The notes beneath the pieces were generated by a model. The model made no database searches. It saw only the letters and a list, made by a program, of their open reading frames with translations, and was not told where the DNA came from. The translations under genes and the position numbers were made by a program. DNA of 64,000 nt from positions 60,016,001 to 60,080,000 of the forward strand of contig NC_043002.1 of the NCBI RefSeq assembly GCF_006345805.1, given 5' to 3'. Source of the stretch: Octopus sinensis (Eukaryota). This document shows, piece by piece, positions 27,871 through 42,130 of this stretch. Within the stretch, counting starts at the first letter, position 1. Every line of letters begins with the position of its first letter.

Positions 27871-28834
27871 CACACACACACATATAGGTTATATAGTATA
27901 TAATACAATTTGATTATTATTGACAGAAGCAGTATTAACACCAAACTGTAATTTTTATATCCAACTCAATATGGATGCCTTGTTACAAAACCAAAAACTC
28001 TGTTATTCGCCTCGAGAAGTCATCTCATATAGGCGCTTTGTGTACACAAAAACACACAGAGAGGTTGTAGCAGATTATATATATATGTATATATATTGTT
28101 AGTATATGAGATATATTATATATGTGAATATGTTAAATACATAGGTTATAGAATATGTATGTTATCGCCTTGTACGTACAGGTACAACAGAAACTATGTA
28201 TATATACAATCCCCTGACAATTACACAATATGAACATACACAGTATGATATCTACAACCGTTTCTTATAAATTATACGAATATAGTGTTCAGGAACGAAG
28301 TACCACACGTATTATTATCAAGCCGCTATATGGAAATGTGTTAATATTTTACGATATCATACGTGTCACATTTACATTTAAGTAATATTAAGTGAAACTG
28401 AGAATAATAATTTACGCGCCGAGAAATAGAACAGACCACATTTACAAATGACGCAACACACAGAATGGAAAGAGTCTTACATGAGTTAGATTTTGGCCGA
28501 AAGACTGTACACTCTGGGAAGAAGGTAAGTCGATTTCATCGACGACTCCAGTAATCAACTTGTACTTATTTTATAAACTCTGAAAGATGAATATCAGGGG
28601 CCACCTCGGCGGAATTTTAACTCACAATATAAGGACGTACGAAATGTAGCTAAGAATTTTGGCCGGCATGCAAATGATTCTGCTCGCTCACCGACTTAAT
28701 CTTAATTAAAACAATATTGGTAACTATTTTAGCCACCCCGAAACTATGAAAGGGAAAGGCGGCTTCGGAGTAATTTGAAATCAGAACGAAATGCCGCTAA
28801 GCAAATTTCCTGCGTGTTAATGATTCTTCCAGCA

Positions 28835-28980
28835 CGCTGCCTGTGGCTTGCTTACCAACCACATATTTCTGGGTTCAGTCCCACTGCGTGGCACATCGGG
28901 CAAATGTCTTCTACTATAGCCTCGGGCTGACCAAAGCCTTGTGAGTGGATTTAGTAGACCGAACTTGAAAGAAGCTCGTC

Positions 28981-29023
<43 letters not shown>

Positions 29024-29270
29024 AATATATAAATATATGTATGTAAGTGTGTGTGTTTGTGTGTCTATGTCTGTCCTCCCACCATCGCTTGACAACCGAT
29101 GGCAGCGTGTCTACGTCTCCGTAACTTAGCGGTTCGACAAAAGAGACCGATATAATAAGTACTAGGTTTACAAAGAATAAATCCTGGAGTCGGTTTTTTT
29201 CTCGACTAGAGGCGGTGCTCCAGCATGGCCGCATTCAAATGTCTGAACAACAAATAAAAGAATAAAAAGT
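28835..29270 (+). mobile_element. CORE-type SINE, near full length
   Basis: Colinear with 916-1378 in the opposite orientation; internal TA/TG tract; A-rich tail. Confidence 0.85.
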
Positions 29271-29524
29271 AAAAATAACATTACATTAAATACCATTACA
29301 CCTAGAGCAGTTTCGACTTAACGGGGAGGTGCTTAATGATTTGTACATATAAACAAATAATCTATTGCTTCTTCTGACAAATTCGTTCGTTTCATTCACT
29401 TCTTTCCAAATCTATTTGAATTAACTAGTAAAATATATTTATCATAGTATTTGATGGTTCTCATGCAGGTTTTTTTGTTTCTCATTATTGATACTTGAAT
29501 TCACTTTACCTCATTTCAGATACA

Positions 29525-29734
29525 GAAGATACAAACGAATTTACATTATCTACATTTGAAGGATATTTGTCCTCATCTTGTTCGTTGTTAACACAAATTT
29601 TCGGCTGATATAACCTCCAAGCCTTCATCAGCTGTCTTGGAGAAATTTTGAACGTGGGTTCTCATTCCTAAGATAATTTTGGATCTTCTTCTTTTTCTTC
29701 TTCTTCTTCTTTCTTCTTCTTCTTCTTCTTCTTC

Positions 29735-29792
<58 letters not shown>

Positions 29793-31320
29793 CATCATCA
29801 TCATCATCATCATTGTTATTATCATCATCATCATCATTATTATTATTATTATTCAGTAGTTTTATTTTTATAGCGTGCTTTCACTTCACTACCGAGCGCA
29901 GCTCTGTGTGCCTTGGGTATGTGCTGTGATTTGTTGTTATGCTCTGATGGTTATTGTATGGAAAGTGTTCTGCGTAGGATGTGTGCAGTGCCTAGTAGTG
30001 CAATTTTCTGTATGTTATATGTGTTTGTAAGTCCTGGTGTTTTTGTTATGTATTTGTCTGAATATTTTTTTATCATGCCTAATGCACCTACTATGATAGG
30101 AATTGTTTCTGTTTTCAGGTTCCACATTCTAGTTACCTCTATTTCCAGGTCTTTGTATTTTGAGAGTTTCTCCATTTCTTTTAGAGACACGTTGTCATCT
30201 GCCGGTATTGATACATCAATTAGAAAGCATTTTTTTCTTCATGATCTCTGACAACTATATCTGGTCTGTTGGCCTTAATTTCTCTATCGGTGTGTATCGG
30301 CATATCCCAGAGTATGGTTGCTTTCTCGTTTTCTGTGACCTTTTCTGGTGTGTGCCTATACCATCTTTTTTCTGTTGTTATTCCATAATGTTGGCATAGC
30401 TTCCAATGTATGTAGATTCCAACTCTGTCATGTCTGTGAATATATTCCTTCTTAGCCAGGACTGGGCAGCTAGAGATAATATGATTTATTGTTTCTTGTC
30501 CGTCTCCACATATTCTGCAGTTACTTGTAATATTTCTTTTCATTACATGTTTTTGGTAATTTCTGGTGGGGAGGCTTTGGTCTTGTGCTGCAATTAAAAA
30601 TCCCTCTGTTTCTGCTTTGAGTCCATTGCTGGGATTTTTCTTTGTCTATTTCTTTTGCGTTTAGTTTAGTGCATTATTTACCATGAAGGGGCTTTTCTTG
30701 CCATCGTTTTATCATGGCTCGTTGCTGTTCTATTTTTAGTTTGGATTTCATTTGTTTTATAGCTTTTGTTGTTTCTTCATCATCTTCTTCTTCTTCTTTG
30801 TGTTTATTAGGTGATATGATTTCTTGTTTGTATTTGTCAGCTTCCTTAAATACTGAGAACAGTTTTTTGTTTTGCTCGTGTTTTGCTGCTATCTGGATCA
30901 GTTTTCCTTCCTTCTGAAGTAGGTATTTTTGCAGTCCTATGGTGGTTATTTTATAGTAGTTTTCCAGCTGTATAAGGCCTCTACCACCTTCTATACGTTG
31001 TATATATAGTCTTTCTATGTCAGATTTTGGGTGATGCATCCTAGATCCTGTCAGTATTTTTCTTGTTTTCCTATCTATTTTGGACAGTTCATTTCATGTC
31101 CAGTTAAGGATATGTAGCTGTAACTTATAACTGGGACAGCTAAAGTGTTGATACCTATTATCTTGTTTTAGCATTGAGCTCTGTTTTTAGTATTGATCTA
31201 ACTCGTCTATAATATTCTTTTTTTATTTTCTCTTTCATTTGTGTGTGTTATTATTATTATTATTATTATCATTATTATTATTATTATTATTATCACTATT
31301 ATTATTATTATTATAATCAC

Positions 31321-31376
<56 letters not shown>

Positions 31377-31447
31377 TTACTGCCTGGAATCGAAATAGGA
31401 ATCTCGGGGTTAGTAGCCCGTGCTTTTAACCACTGCGCCATATGCCA
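29525..31447 (-). mobile_element. Composite tRNA-head/(AAT)n/hammerhead element interrupted by a Dong copy
   Basis: Minus strand: TGGCGCAGTGGTTAAAAGCACGGGCTACTAACCCC head (31447-31375), (AAT)n, Dong, (AAT/GAT/GAA)n, then CTTAGGAATGAGAACCCACG...CTGATGAAGGC...GCCGAAA (hammerhead 29591-29635). Confidence 0.8.
29854..31247 (-). mobile_element. 5'-truncated R4/Dong copy, same family as 2036-5580
   Basis: CRICGDGQETINHIISSC, RPDIVV and IQKIALLGTAHILRRTLSIQ*. Same 3' end (ACTACTGAATAAT) as at 2036. Microsatellite on both sides. Confidence 0.95.
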
Positions 31448-31454
31448 GTGAGCA

Positions 31455-31620
31455 TATACCTTAGGAATGAGAACCCAAGTTCGAAATTTCCCCAAGGCAC
31501 CGGATGAAGGCTGGAGGGTATATCAGCCGAAACGTTGTGTTAACAACAAACAAGATGAGGACAAATACCCGTCGAATGTAAATAATGTACATAATTCCTC
31601 ATCTCTTAAATATAGAACTG
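31455..31620 (+). mobile_element. Hammerhead half of the composite element, inverted relative to its neighbour
   Basis: gcac CGGATGA a GGCTG gagggtatat CAGCC GAAA cgtt gtgt at 31497-31540 (core U4G change). Joined to the minus-strand head through an ATATGC/GCATAT hairpin junction. Confidence 0.8.
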
Positions 31621-31847
31621 TACAAACGAATTTATCTGACAACTCTATAAAAGCGTTTCAAGTAAGTATCCCAAAGCTGATAAAAACCGATTAAACCGAG
31701 CTTGTACAAAATTAGTGCAGGAACATATTTATAAGAAGACTAAGACAATGCAACGATCGTGATAATAGAAAAATGGTTTGGAAAGAGGGAGATGTACCAG
31801 CATAGAAGGTGACCTGATCTGAGATCGTGTGCTGAAACGAAAACATT

Positions 31848-32082
31848 TGCAGCATGGAAGGAGTTTATAAGCCGTTTAAGAAATACACAAAAACCGTTAG
31901 ATTCACTTCAACATTTGAATTTAATTTGCCAAAATATTTTCGTTGCTTTGGGATGCAGCACGGAATTTTGTCGGCTTCTCAAAGTGACGAAAATATTTTG
32001 GCAAATTAAATTTAAACGTTGAAGTGAATCTAACGGTTTTTGTGTGCTTCTTAAATGGCTTATAAACACCTTCCCCGCTGCA
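31848..32082. repeat. Fold-back inverted repeat, ~95-100-bp arms with a ~29-nt spacer
   Basis: 31857-31950 is the near-perfect reverse complement of 31980-32073. Confidence 0.9.
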
Positions 32083-33769
32083 ATTAGGAAAGAGAGAATG
32101 GAAAAGTAATTAGTATAATAGATAAACAACTTATTTTCCCCTATTTTAAGGTAGCAATAGGAAATACACGCCATGAAATATACTACATTAAATTATAAAT
32201 CTTGACTCATTACAAAACAGCGGAAAAAGCTTGGAAAGAGAACACACCAGTGACTTATGTCTCTCAAGACCTAGCAGAAAGATGTAGAATGAAAGCAAAC
32301 ATATATGAGTTTAAAATGGAAGCAGAACATGTGTGTTTCCCTTGAACAGGGCCAATGCCTTACTGTGAAGAACTACAATGAGAAGTAAGGAAATCAAAAT
32401 TCTAGTATCGGTCAAACTTGCAGTCCTTTCGGGTTATATTTTCGTGTTTGACACAGTTCCGAATGCAACTGAGAGAAACACCATTCAAAAAATATCATAC
32501 ACACTGCATGAGACGATTATTTGCAAGAGTTAGTACAATTATAATAAAGAATGTACGAATCAGAGCTACAGTCGTTTGGAGTATCGGTCTGAAAATTAGA
32601 AATTTTATATCAAATGACCAAGTATATACGTTGTATATATCTGAATAGAATGGTGCTTGGGTATAACAATTTTAATTTTTAAAGAACTTTTGGCCATGAC
32701 TATACAGATATTCTTTGGATTTTTTCAAGACACGCAAGTACATCGAATAACGAATAAGCAAAATTCTCTAGAGATAACCAATCAAAACATGGTAGACAAA
32801 AGAAATTTATTACAATTTTGACCAAAATTATCTATAAATAGTTAAAAGCCATTCCGGTGTTCATTACATTGATACAGAAAACAAATATAAGCATAAAACT
32901 TGAACCGAATAATGAATATATGATAAACATTATTCATGTACGTAGCGGATACCATAATATAAAGCAAACTTACGTCATTGATTGGTGAATATCGAAATTA
33001 AGGCTGCAAAGAATGAATGTTAAAATATATTTGGTTGCGCTGTAAATAGAAGAAATGAAGGTAGTGTCGTATAATATTCAAATGGTATAGAAATATTGTT
33101 ACCGAGGAACACAGCATTAATAATATTAATAGTATAGTTATCACTCTATCCTGTTACTATTTATTCAGTGACAGCAAATTTGGTTTCTGTTCTCACTGGG
33201 ATTTGGCATCATTCCATCGTACATAACTAACGCGGAGCCAACGATAAATTTATCAACTGTTTGCTAAACCTCTTACAAGCGACAGAAATGTCTCATATGT
33301 ATTGTTGGTATTCGGTTAAGAGAACTTCACTTTAATAACCACACATAAAAGCGGCGACACTATCAACATTGTACAAAAAGAGATATCAAATCACAACATT
33401 ATGATACGTAATTCCATTACTCAGTTGATCAGTTTCTTATTCGCTTCTATACTCACAAAAAATAGACTACACAGGATTAAATAAACACGGAATGAGTACA
33501 AAAGATAGAGTTTTCGAACATAGAATAGAAACTAGAAGCGTAAATTAATTTATATAACGGATCAACCTCGTAGCAAGGAAACTAAAATAATCCAGGTGGT
33601 CGTATGCAATCTTCTAGAAAAACTATCAAAGAACGATACTGCATGAAGAATGAATAGAAATAACTGCTGAGAAGGAATTAACAAATACGGTTTGAAACAG
33701 TCGAATACTTAAAACAAAACAAATATGCGTGTTTTATATTAAATATTAATGGTGTCGTATTGGTTTCAA

Positions 33770-33935
33770 ATTTTGGCAAAGAGCCAGTGATTACGAAAGA
33801 TGGTGCTAAGCCGATCCCGAAATTATGATAGGCAAAGTCGACCACGGGGGAATTTGAAATTTGAGCGTGTAGGCGAGGGGAGGGGGAATGTAGCTAAGCA
33901 CTTTGCCCGGTGCGCTAGCGATTCTGCCACCTCAA
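33770..33935 (-). mobile_element. Old tRNA-derived SINE (21055 family)
   Basis: Minus strand GGCAGAATCGCTAGCGCACCGGGCAAAGTGCTTAG...TTCAAATTCCCCCGTGGTCGACTTTGCCT. Confidence 0.65.
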
Positions 33936-33940
33936 CAAAC

Positions 33941-33980
<40 letters not shown>

Positions 33981-34155
33981 GGAGAAGAAGAAGAAGAGGA
34001 AGGCGAAGGGGAAGAAGAGGAAGGAGAGGAGGAAGAAAAGGTTTGACATAGCGTAGCAGAAATTCAATGAGTAATATGGTAACAAAAAAAGCTTCCAACA
34101 AGGGTAGTAGTAGTGATAATAGTAGAGGTGGTGGTGGGAGTAGTAGTAGTAGCAG

Positions 34156-34206
<51 letters not shown>

Positions 34207-34325
34207 CAGTAGTAGTAGTAGAAAAGGAAGAAGAAGAAGAGAAGAAAATGATGAAGAAGAAAAGATGATGAAGAAGAAAAGATGATGATGATGAAGGAGA
34301 GGAAGAACAAAATTTTTATGAAAAG

Positions 34326-34385
<60 letters not shown>

Positions 34386-35383
34386 TAACCAGAAGAAGAA
34401 GAACAAGAAGAAGAAGAAGAAGAAGCAAAAAGGTAAGAACGAAAATATATTAGTTTCATTTGCCTTCGACTAAACGGTAGTACACCTGCTCAAGTTTATT
34501 GCATTAGACACTTCGATTTATTGCTTTACCTACTAAAAGGATGGCCGTAAGGATATATAAGTCCAAAGTGGAATCCCTGTATGATTTGTAGGCTCTTCGT
34601 ACCCTCATTCCTGGGATAATTGAGAAAAGATAAGGGACAGAAGCATAGTCAAAGTTTAACGTGAAAAATGATAATAAGAAAAGGCTAGAGATTTGCCAAA
34701 CATCCAGTTCAACATCATTCATTGTTCCTTATAAGATAAACCAAACAGCAGACGTGCACAAACAAGCAGGAAAATATAATAAAATGGCCAAGCGGAAACT
34801 AAAAGAAAAAGGAAAGAGAAAAAAGAGAAAAAAACGGCAAAACGAATCGCCATTGCATTCAGTCCATTCCAACGTCATTTATTAGAGGTTTAAGAAAAGC
34901 TGAGGGGAAACTAAATAGAATGTTATCAATGCAATGCAGGAGTAGAGTTGGCTTCCTACACCTTAGCCATAACTCAAAGAGATACCGGTAGGAAAAAAAT
35001 GAGAGAGGGAACGAAATGATGTCAGGAGATAGAGAGAAAAAAGGAAAGTTAGAAAGATAAGTAAATATAGAGATTGATTGATGGCGGGATGAATAGGTAT
35101 ATATATTTGTACGTATATATTTACATAGATCAATACATACATGAATACATACAGATTTACACAGACACTCGCATATTTCTATAAATACGCACATACATGC
35201 ACACGCACAGACACACGCACGTGTCCCTATATATAACCAGAGATGTATATTTTTATATCTATGTATACGTACAAATATATGTATGTAGGTATTTTAATTC
35301 TGTATACATATACACAATATAACAATATAAACACACTTATAGAAGTATATGTATGTGTATATATATGTATGTATGTATGTATG

Positions 35384-35414
<31 letters not shown>

Positions 35415-35542
35415 ATATATATACACATCTATTTATATGCAAATATACGTACATACATATATACATAAGCATACAGACACATGCACATATATACGAAGGT
35501 ATCTATGTACATAAATATATAACCCAAAAAGAGAAAGTAGAG

Positions 35543-35588
<46 letters not shown>

Positions 35589-35913
35589 ATGGATAGAGAG
35601 AAGTCTTGTGCAAAGGAACATAGAAAGAGAATGAAAAGAAAAAAGAAGCGAACATTTTCATGCAACCAAAATCAGGTAAAAAAAAAGATAATTGGTTGGA
35701 AAGATTTATGGTAGCATAAAATTTAGGTCGCTAATCAATCTAAAGTGCCAATCTCTTTGAGAGATGAAGATATGTTTCCCGGCATTCACATGCAACTCTC
35801 GTGTCCGATAACACGGTCCAGCCAGAATCTGACATTCCTAGAATGGGATGTATAAGCAGTGTTAAGAATGGAGGTGTAATTCTGGCCTTTTACTGCAACA
35901 TACAGTTGTGACT

Positions 35914-35954
<41 letters not shown>

Positions 35955-35959
35955 GTGGG

Positions 35960-36055
35960 AATTTACAAAAGAAAAGAAGACGAAGACGGATGTGTAAACA
36001 ACAAACAGATGTATTAGTTTCACGCTCGGGAAGTGAGAAAGTCGTGTACGTTTCA
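35960..36055 (-). mobile_element. Truncated variant of the Penelope-like terminal segment
   Basis: GGGAATTTACAAAAG...GACGAAGAC...AACAAACAGATGTATTAG...TACGTTTC resembles 9569-9680 and ends before the ribozyme core. Confidence 0.45.
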
Positions 36056-36087
36056 TACATATATAAATATATATACATATATATATA

Positions 36088-36158
<71 letters not shown>

Positions 36159-36280
36159 GAATGTATATATACATATATATATATATGTATGTATGTATAT
36201 GTACATATATATATGTATATCTATCCATCTATCTATCTATCTATCTATCTATATATATATATATATGCATATATATGAAT

Positions 36281-36319
<39 letters not shown>

Positions 36320-36440
36320 TGATAGATAAATAGAGAGAGAGAGACAGACAGACAGACAGGTAGACAGATGCATAGATATACACACATATATACGCATACA
36401 CAAATGAAAACACACACACGCACGCACATACATATGTATA

Positions 36441-37510
36441 TAGGAGACGGTACCCAAAATGAAGCGGAATTTTGCAGTATAATTTTATTTTACTTTATTT
36501 ATTTTATTTCATTCAAATTATTCGCCATTTGAAACAATGCATCGGTACAAATGCATTTTCCAAGAGATGCAGCAGTGCTGCATCTCTTTCGAAATAATTA
36601 TTTTTAACGCCTCCCTTACATATATATTTCGATATATCAATGCATGCATACATATTAACACACATCCACACATATCTCTATACACACACATACATATTTC
36701 TATATATACGCACATAGATGTATATATTTTATATCTATATATACGTACAAATATATGTCTGTGTATAGCTAGTTTATATCTGTATACATTTACACAATAA
36801 ACACACATATACAATTATCTATTTACATGCATGTGTGTATGTATATGTACGTATATACCCGTAAATTCCTCAGTGCCAGCTTTCGTCACCAGAGATGTAC
36901 TTCTAAAAAGCGTACGGTCCAATTTCCAACTGTTCTTTCACTTTAAGACATGCTTTCAGTCGTGACTGCTTTTGAGTTTCTGTGAGCAAGCGAGGCACAG
37001 ATTTTGCATTCGTAATTCATCGCTCAAACTTCGTTGTCAGGATCTCCAGGCCTTACCAGTCATATCAACAAGTTCGTCAATTGTTCGGCAACGTCCTCCA
37101 AGGTCAGTTCATGGATTGTCATGATGTTTTCATTCGTATGAGTGGTCGACGGTCGCCCTGAACGAGGTTGGTCCTCACACGACAAATGACCAATCCTAAA
37201 ACATGGACACCACTCGTAAGCTTGTGTTTTGCTCATAGAAGCATTCCTGTAAGTTATTTGAATCATGTTTGGGCTACCGTTTTCCCCAACAGTAAACAGA
37301 ATTTCACTTCGTTTCAGCCATCGCTAAAATCGACGAACACGCGAGAAGCACTACAACAAAAAAGAAACACCACGATGCAGTATGATCTCAAATTACAACA
37401 CCGGTCGATGCGTGAGGGGCGCATCGAGTAGCTTCTAGTAGCGGAAGCCTGAACTACAGCGGGTTTTTCCAACATAGAAAAGTTTCCGGTTACTTTTGGG
37501 TACCACTGTA
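36441..37510 (-). mobile_element. Decayed mariner (same family as 18830-19710), both TIRs present, interior interrupted by simple repeats
   Basis: TIRs GGTACCCAAAAGTAACCGGAA and GGTACCCAAAATGAAGCGGAA. ASMSKTQAYEW...RSGRPSTTHTNENI, ISGDESW-like motif, C-terminal YRCIVSNGE. Confidence 0.85.
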
Positions 37511-38486
37511 TACTTTGGGGTACGCAACTTACGACGTTTCGTATTTAACAATGAGATTGAAGATAGACAAGTAGGTAACGGGTATATAGGTATTAACCAT
37601 CAACGAACACATTGATTAAATTACCACTAAATTTTGCCGTATAACACAATTGGCAATACTAATTTTATATATTAAACACATTCCTGACAAGTGGTATGTA
37701 CATATTAAATGCTCTTGAAGACACTGTATTTCGTTACGCAACCATAATCAACTGCCAAATATATTAACAATTTATCAATCAATACTGTCTATATGTACAG
37801 ATATATGTGTGTCCATATGCATGTACATACACAAGCATAAGTATATAAATATGTGTACTACATATGGAAGGTGTACATGTATGTTCACTAAAGTAGACAC
37901 AGGAAAGCAGACACATAAATCTACTTATGTATTCAGTCATATTCAATGTACTTGACGCACACATACACACACACATGCATGTATGCACACACAACCACAC
38001 ACATATATAGGAATAGATGGATAGATAGATAAATAGATAGATGGATAGATAGATAGATAGAAAAAAATATATATATAAATAGATAGATAGATAGATAGAT
38101 AGATAAAACGATAGATATATATGTGTGTGTATCTGTGCAGGAGCCTCTATCTAATATTTCTGTATTACTCCTTTCAGCGTAGGTTTACTTGTGCATACAG
38201 TCCAAAACAAAAATAATACAATATGTAAATGAAAAAAAATCCACAAAATCAACACATGGAAAAAACAACGACAACAATACAAGAATATATGTGGCTCCTT
38301 ATGGACTTGTAGTACTGAAAAAGTCGCTGAAGTATTTCATGATGGATGAGGGCGATAAATAGAATTTAGATATGTGTCGCATTTGTTACTTCTGTTTACA
38401 AAACCTCTTCTGCCTTAAACATGACTTTAAGTGTGTACTTTCTGAAGCAGTGGTCATATACATACATATATACATACATACATACA

Positions 38487-38520
<34 letters not shown>

Positions 38521-38531
38521 CATACATACAC

Positions 38532-38587
<56 letters not shown>

Positions 38588-38806
38588 ATATTCTTTTATA
38601 CTGCAATACGTTTCAACCTAAAGGATGTGACCATGCTGGAGCACCATATATATATATGCATATAAATATGTATATGCATATATATATATACATGTGTGTG
38701 CGCGTGTGTCGGATGCCAGCTGGAAAATACGTTTCTTGAGGCTAAAAAGTAGAAACATCGTCCTACGTAGAGCTGCCACTTTCTGTTGGTACATAAACTT
38801 AACTGA

Positions 38807-38864
<58 letters not shown>

Positions 38865-38879
38865 TATATATATATATAT

Positions 38880-38914
<35 letters not shown>

Positions 38915-39507
38915 CAGCCATGTATATTCTATTGTGAATTATTTCTGTGAGACAAAAGGCACACTATATACATCTGCTAGATTATGTTCTCACACCATTA
39001 ACCTATTAGTAGTTAATACTACACACACACACATACACACATATATGCATATATATGGATATGCATATATGGCTACAGGAGGTTACTACCCGTGTAAACA
39101 ACATGAAATACGAAAACAAACAAGTTAAATACGCAAGCAATGGAAGAAAAATGGAAAACAGGACCAGTAAATAAAGAGAGCGACCCTTCATCAGTTGTCG
39201 GCTGTCTATCTACTCCTCATTTCGAACATTCAACGACAATATGTGTCTTCAAAGTTGGTTGCTCCCATAAATTTCCTAATAAAAAATTTAGGATTTATGG
39301 AGGCTCAAGGCTGGGAACAAATGTAAGGCAGTGGATACATACAAGAAAACCGTACGAAAAGAAACATAGAGGGCCGTTAGACCAGAATGAGAGGAAATTC
39401 GTGAACGCTAGGAGAAATGTGCGTGTATCTCTTTCTCTCTCTCACTCTCTTTCATTATTTCTCTGTATACATACATGAATATATATATATTTATATATAT
39501 ATATGTA

Positions 39508-39780
39508 TATATAATATTAATTCGAGACAAAACCACTATTTTGCAAATCAAACAAGGAAAGATTTAATCAATACATAAAAAATTTTAATATAAAGTAAAT
39601 AAATCGCCACTACAATTGTTTCATGTCTTCAAATGACATTCGGCAGGTGGATTTCCGATCTAAAAATATCAATATTTTAAAATATAAGTTTAAAATAATA
39701 TAAATTTATCAATGAAATAATATAAATATATATAATCTATATATAATCTATATATAATCTATATATAATCAACATATAAT
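39508..39780 (-). repeat. 3' pseudo-LTR, with hammerhead variant at 39603-39659 (CTGCCGA)
   Basis: Direct repeat of 45017-45289. Confidence 0.93.
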
Positions 39781-40079
39781 CTAAAATAAACCCTATAAAC
39801 AATTGAATATAAAGAAACCTATTATTAAAGTTCTCATATTTAAAGATGTACAAAAAACAAAAAACAAAAAACAAAATAAAAATAAACTATATATACACAG
39901 ATGCTCATACACATATATCTAAGTATAAATAACCATATCTAAATACATACACTAACTCACACACCTATATATACAACTCTATACATACACACAAAAACAT
40001 CTAGGCAACGATAAATTAATAAAATAGCCAAATACTTCAACACATTACTTATTCATACTCCCTCACACACACATACAAC

Positions 40080-42130
40080 CCACATTCATAAACAATATAC
40101 ATATACCCGCTCACACATACATATACATACGTACAGAAGTCGATATATACACCAATATATTCACACCCACACCCATACAGATAAATAAATTACACAAACC
40201 AACACACACACACACACACATTCACACATACATAAATACACAAAAGAAAAACAAAAAGTTCTTTGCGCGTGGTGAGCGAACGTTATTTAAAAATTATGAA
40301 TGGAATAGAATGGAATAATATTTTAATCAACGTAAATAGACAGAATTTACTCCAAAAATCATTAATAAACCAACCATGATAAATGAAACCCTTATATACA
40401 TATAATGATAAAACTCCCTTTACCATACACAATAATACCTATATAGCAATCCCCATACCCATACATTCACACAGAAATACACACACGTGAAACACACACC
40501 CACACCAGATACATATACCCACTCACACATACATATACATACGTACAAAACTCGATATATACAACAATATATTCACACCCACACCCATACAGATAAGTAA
40601 ATTACGCAAACAAATACACACACACACACATTCACACATACATAAACACTCAAAAGAAAAACAACATTTCTACACATAATACGATATATAGAACACTCCA
40701 TAAGTAACCAGATTAACACAAGTAACAATATTAACATAAGGAGACAAAAATACATACCTTCTATTCAGTTTTAATTTATGAAGTGAATTTAAACTGTAAC
40801 CATTATAACGTTCACAAAATTACGTTACCATAGAAACCGAAAATATTTATAAAAATTCTTTGCGCTTGGTGAACGAACGTTATTTAAAAATTATGAATTA
40901 TAATATTTTAATCAACGTAAATAGACAGAAATAACAAATTCATTAATATAACAACCATGATAAACGAAACTCAAATATACATATAATGATAAAACCTCCC
41001 TTTACCAAACACTATAACATACCTATATAGCAATCCCCCTAATCTATACATTCACACACAATTACACACACGTAAAACACACACCCACTACCTATACATA
41101 TACCCACTCCGCTCACACATACACATACATACGTACAAAACTCGATATATACACCAAAATATATACACCCACACCCATACAGATAAATAAATATATATAT
41201 CCATAAAAATGGGTGCAATCTCACGCACATCAATCATGCATGTATACAAGTGCATACACAAGCTCACACTTTTACAAAGCAATCATGCATTCCCGCATCT
41301 ACACATGCACTTATACACGCGCACATGCACACAGACCCATGCACATGCATATTCACGGACACTCTCCTAAACATCAAATATACGTATAAATGGCTACAAA
41401 CAATACCCAATAAAAAACTACCATGAACAACATACCAAGCTATAATACATGGGGACTAAATATACTAAAAAATTCTTTAATAAAACAATCATGATAAACG
41501 AAATCCATACATACAAATATAAAGATAAAACCCCCTTACCAAATACACAATACACACAAATACACTCACATATATACACACACCCACAAACATAACCATA
41601 TACACACTCACACATACAAATACATACGTACAAAACTCGATATATACACCATATACATTCCCACACCCAATAGATTATTAAATAAATACATATACAAACA
41701 TAAATATATATATATAAAATATATATATATATATATATATACATTCACACATATCATCACATACACATATATATAAAATACACTCTTTCAAAGAAGTAAA
41801 GAAATATGTAATAAATGTATATATGAGTGTGTACACGCAGACGGGTGCAATCACACGCACATTCAAACATGCATGTATACAAGTGCATAAATAATCACAC
41901 TCAATTACATAGCACTCATACACTCCCGCACCTACCCTTGCACTTGTTCACACGCACACATGCATACACATCCATACCTACATATTCACGGACAATCTCC
42001 TAAATATCTATATAAACGTATATTGCAACAAACAATACCCAAATAAAACTGCCATATCAACATACCAAATATAACACAAAGGGATTGTAAAAATTCACAT
42101 ATACATACAAAACTCAATATATACACCGCT
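40080..42130. repeat. Modular, diverged tandem-repeat array in the 3' non-coding region of the element
   Basis: CATACGTACAAAACTCGATATATACACC-like motif at 40126, 40538, 41128, 41623 and 42104. Further modules duplicated at 40257/40853, 40370/40950/41487 and 41211/41843. Strong A+C strand bias. Confidence 0.85.

Noticed and set aside
33823-34428. Poly-L/S/N/K ORFs (likewise 52296-52825, 22179-22489 and all IY/HT/CV-repeat ORFs)
   Set aside because: These are translations of compound microsatellites, open in several frames with no domain content.
39185-39200. CTGATGAAGGG on the minus strand as a hammerhead (similar partial hits at ~9325 and ~16225)
   Set aside because: No complete stem II + GAAA + cleavage site could be built; at most these are relics.
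40080-42130. CRISPR array (28-nt motif recurring with spacers)
   Set aside because: Spacers are 400-600 bp and related to each other, the repeats are diverged, there are no cas genes, and the context is eukaryotic.
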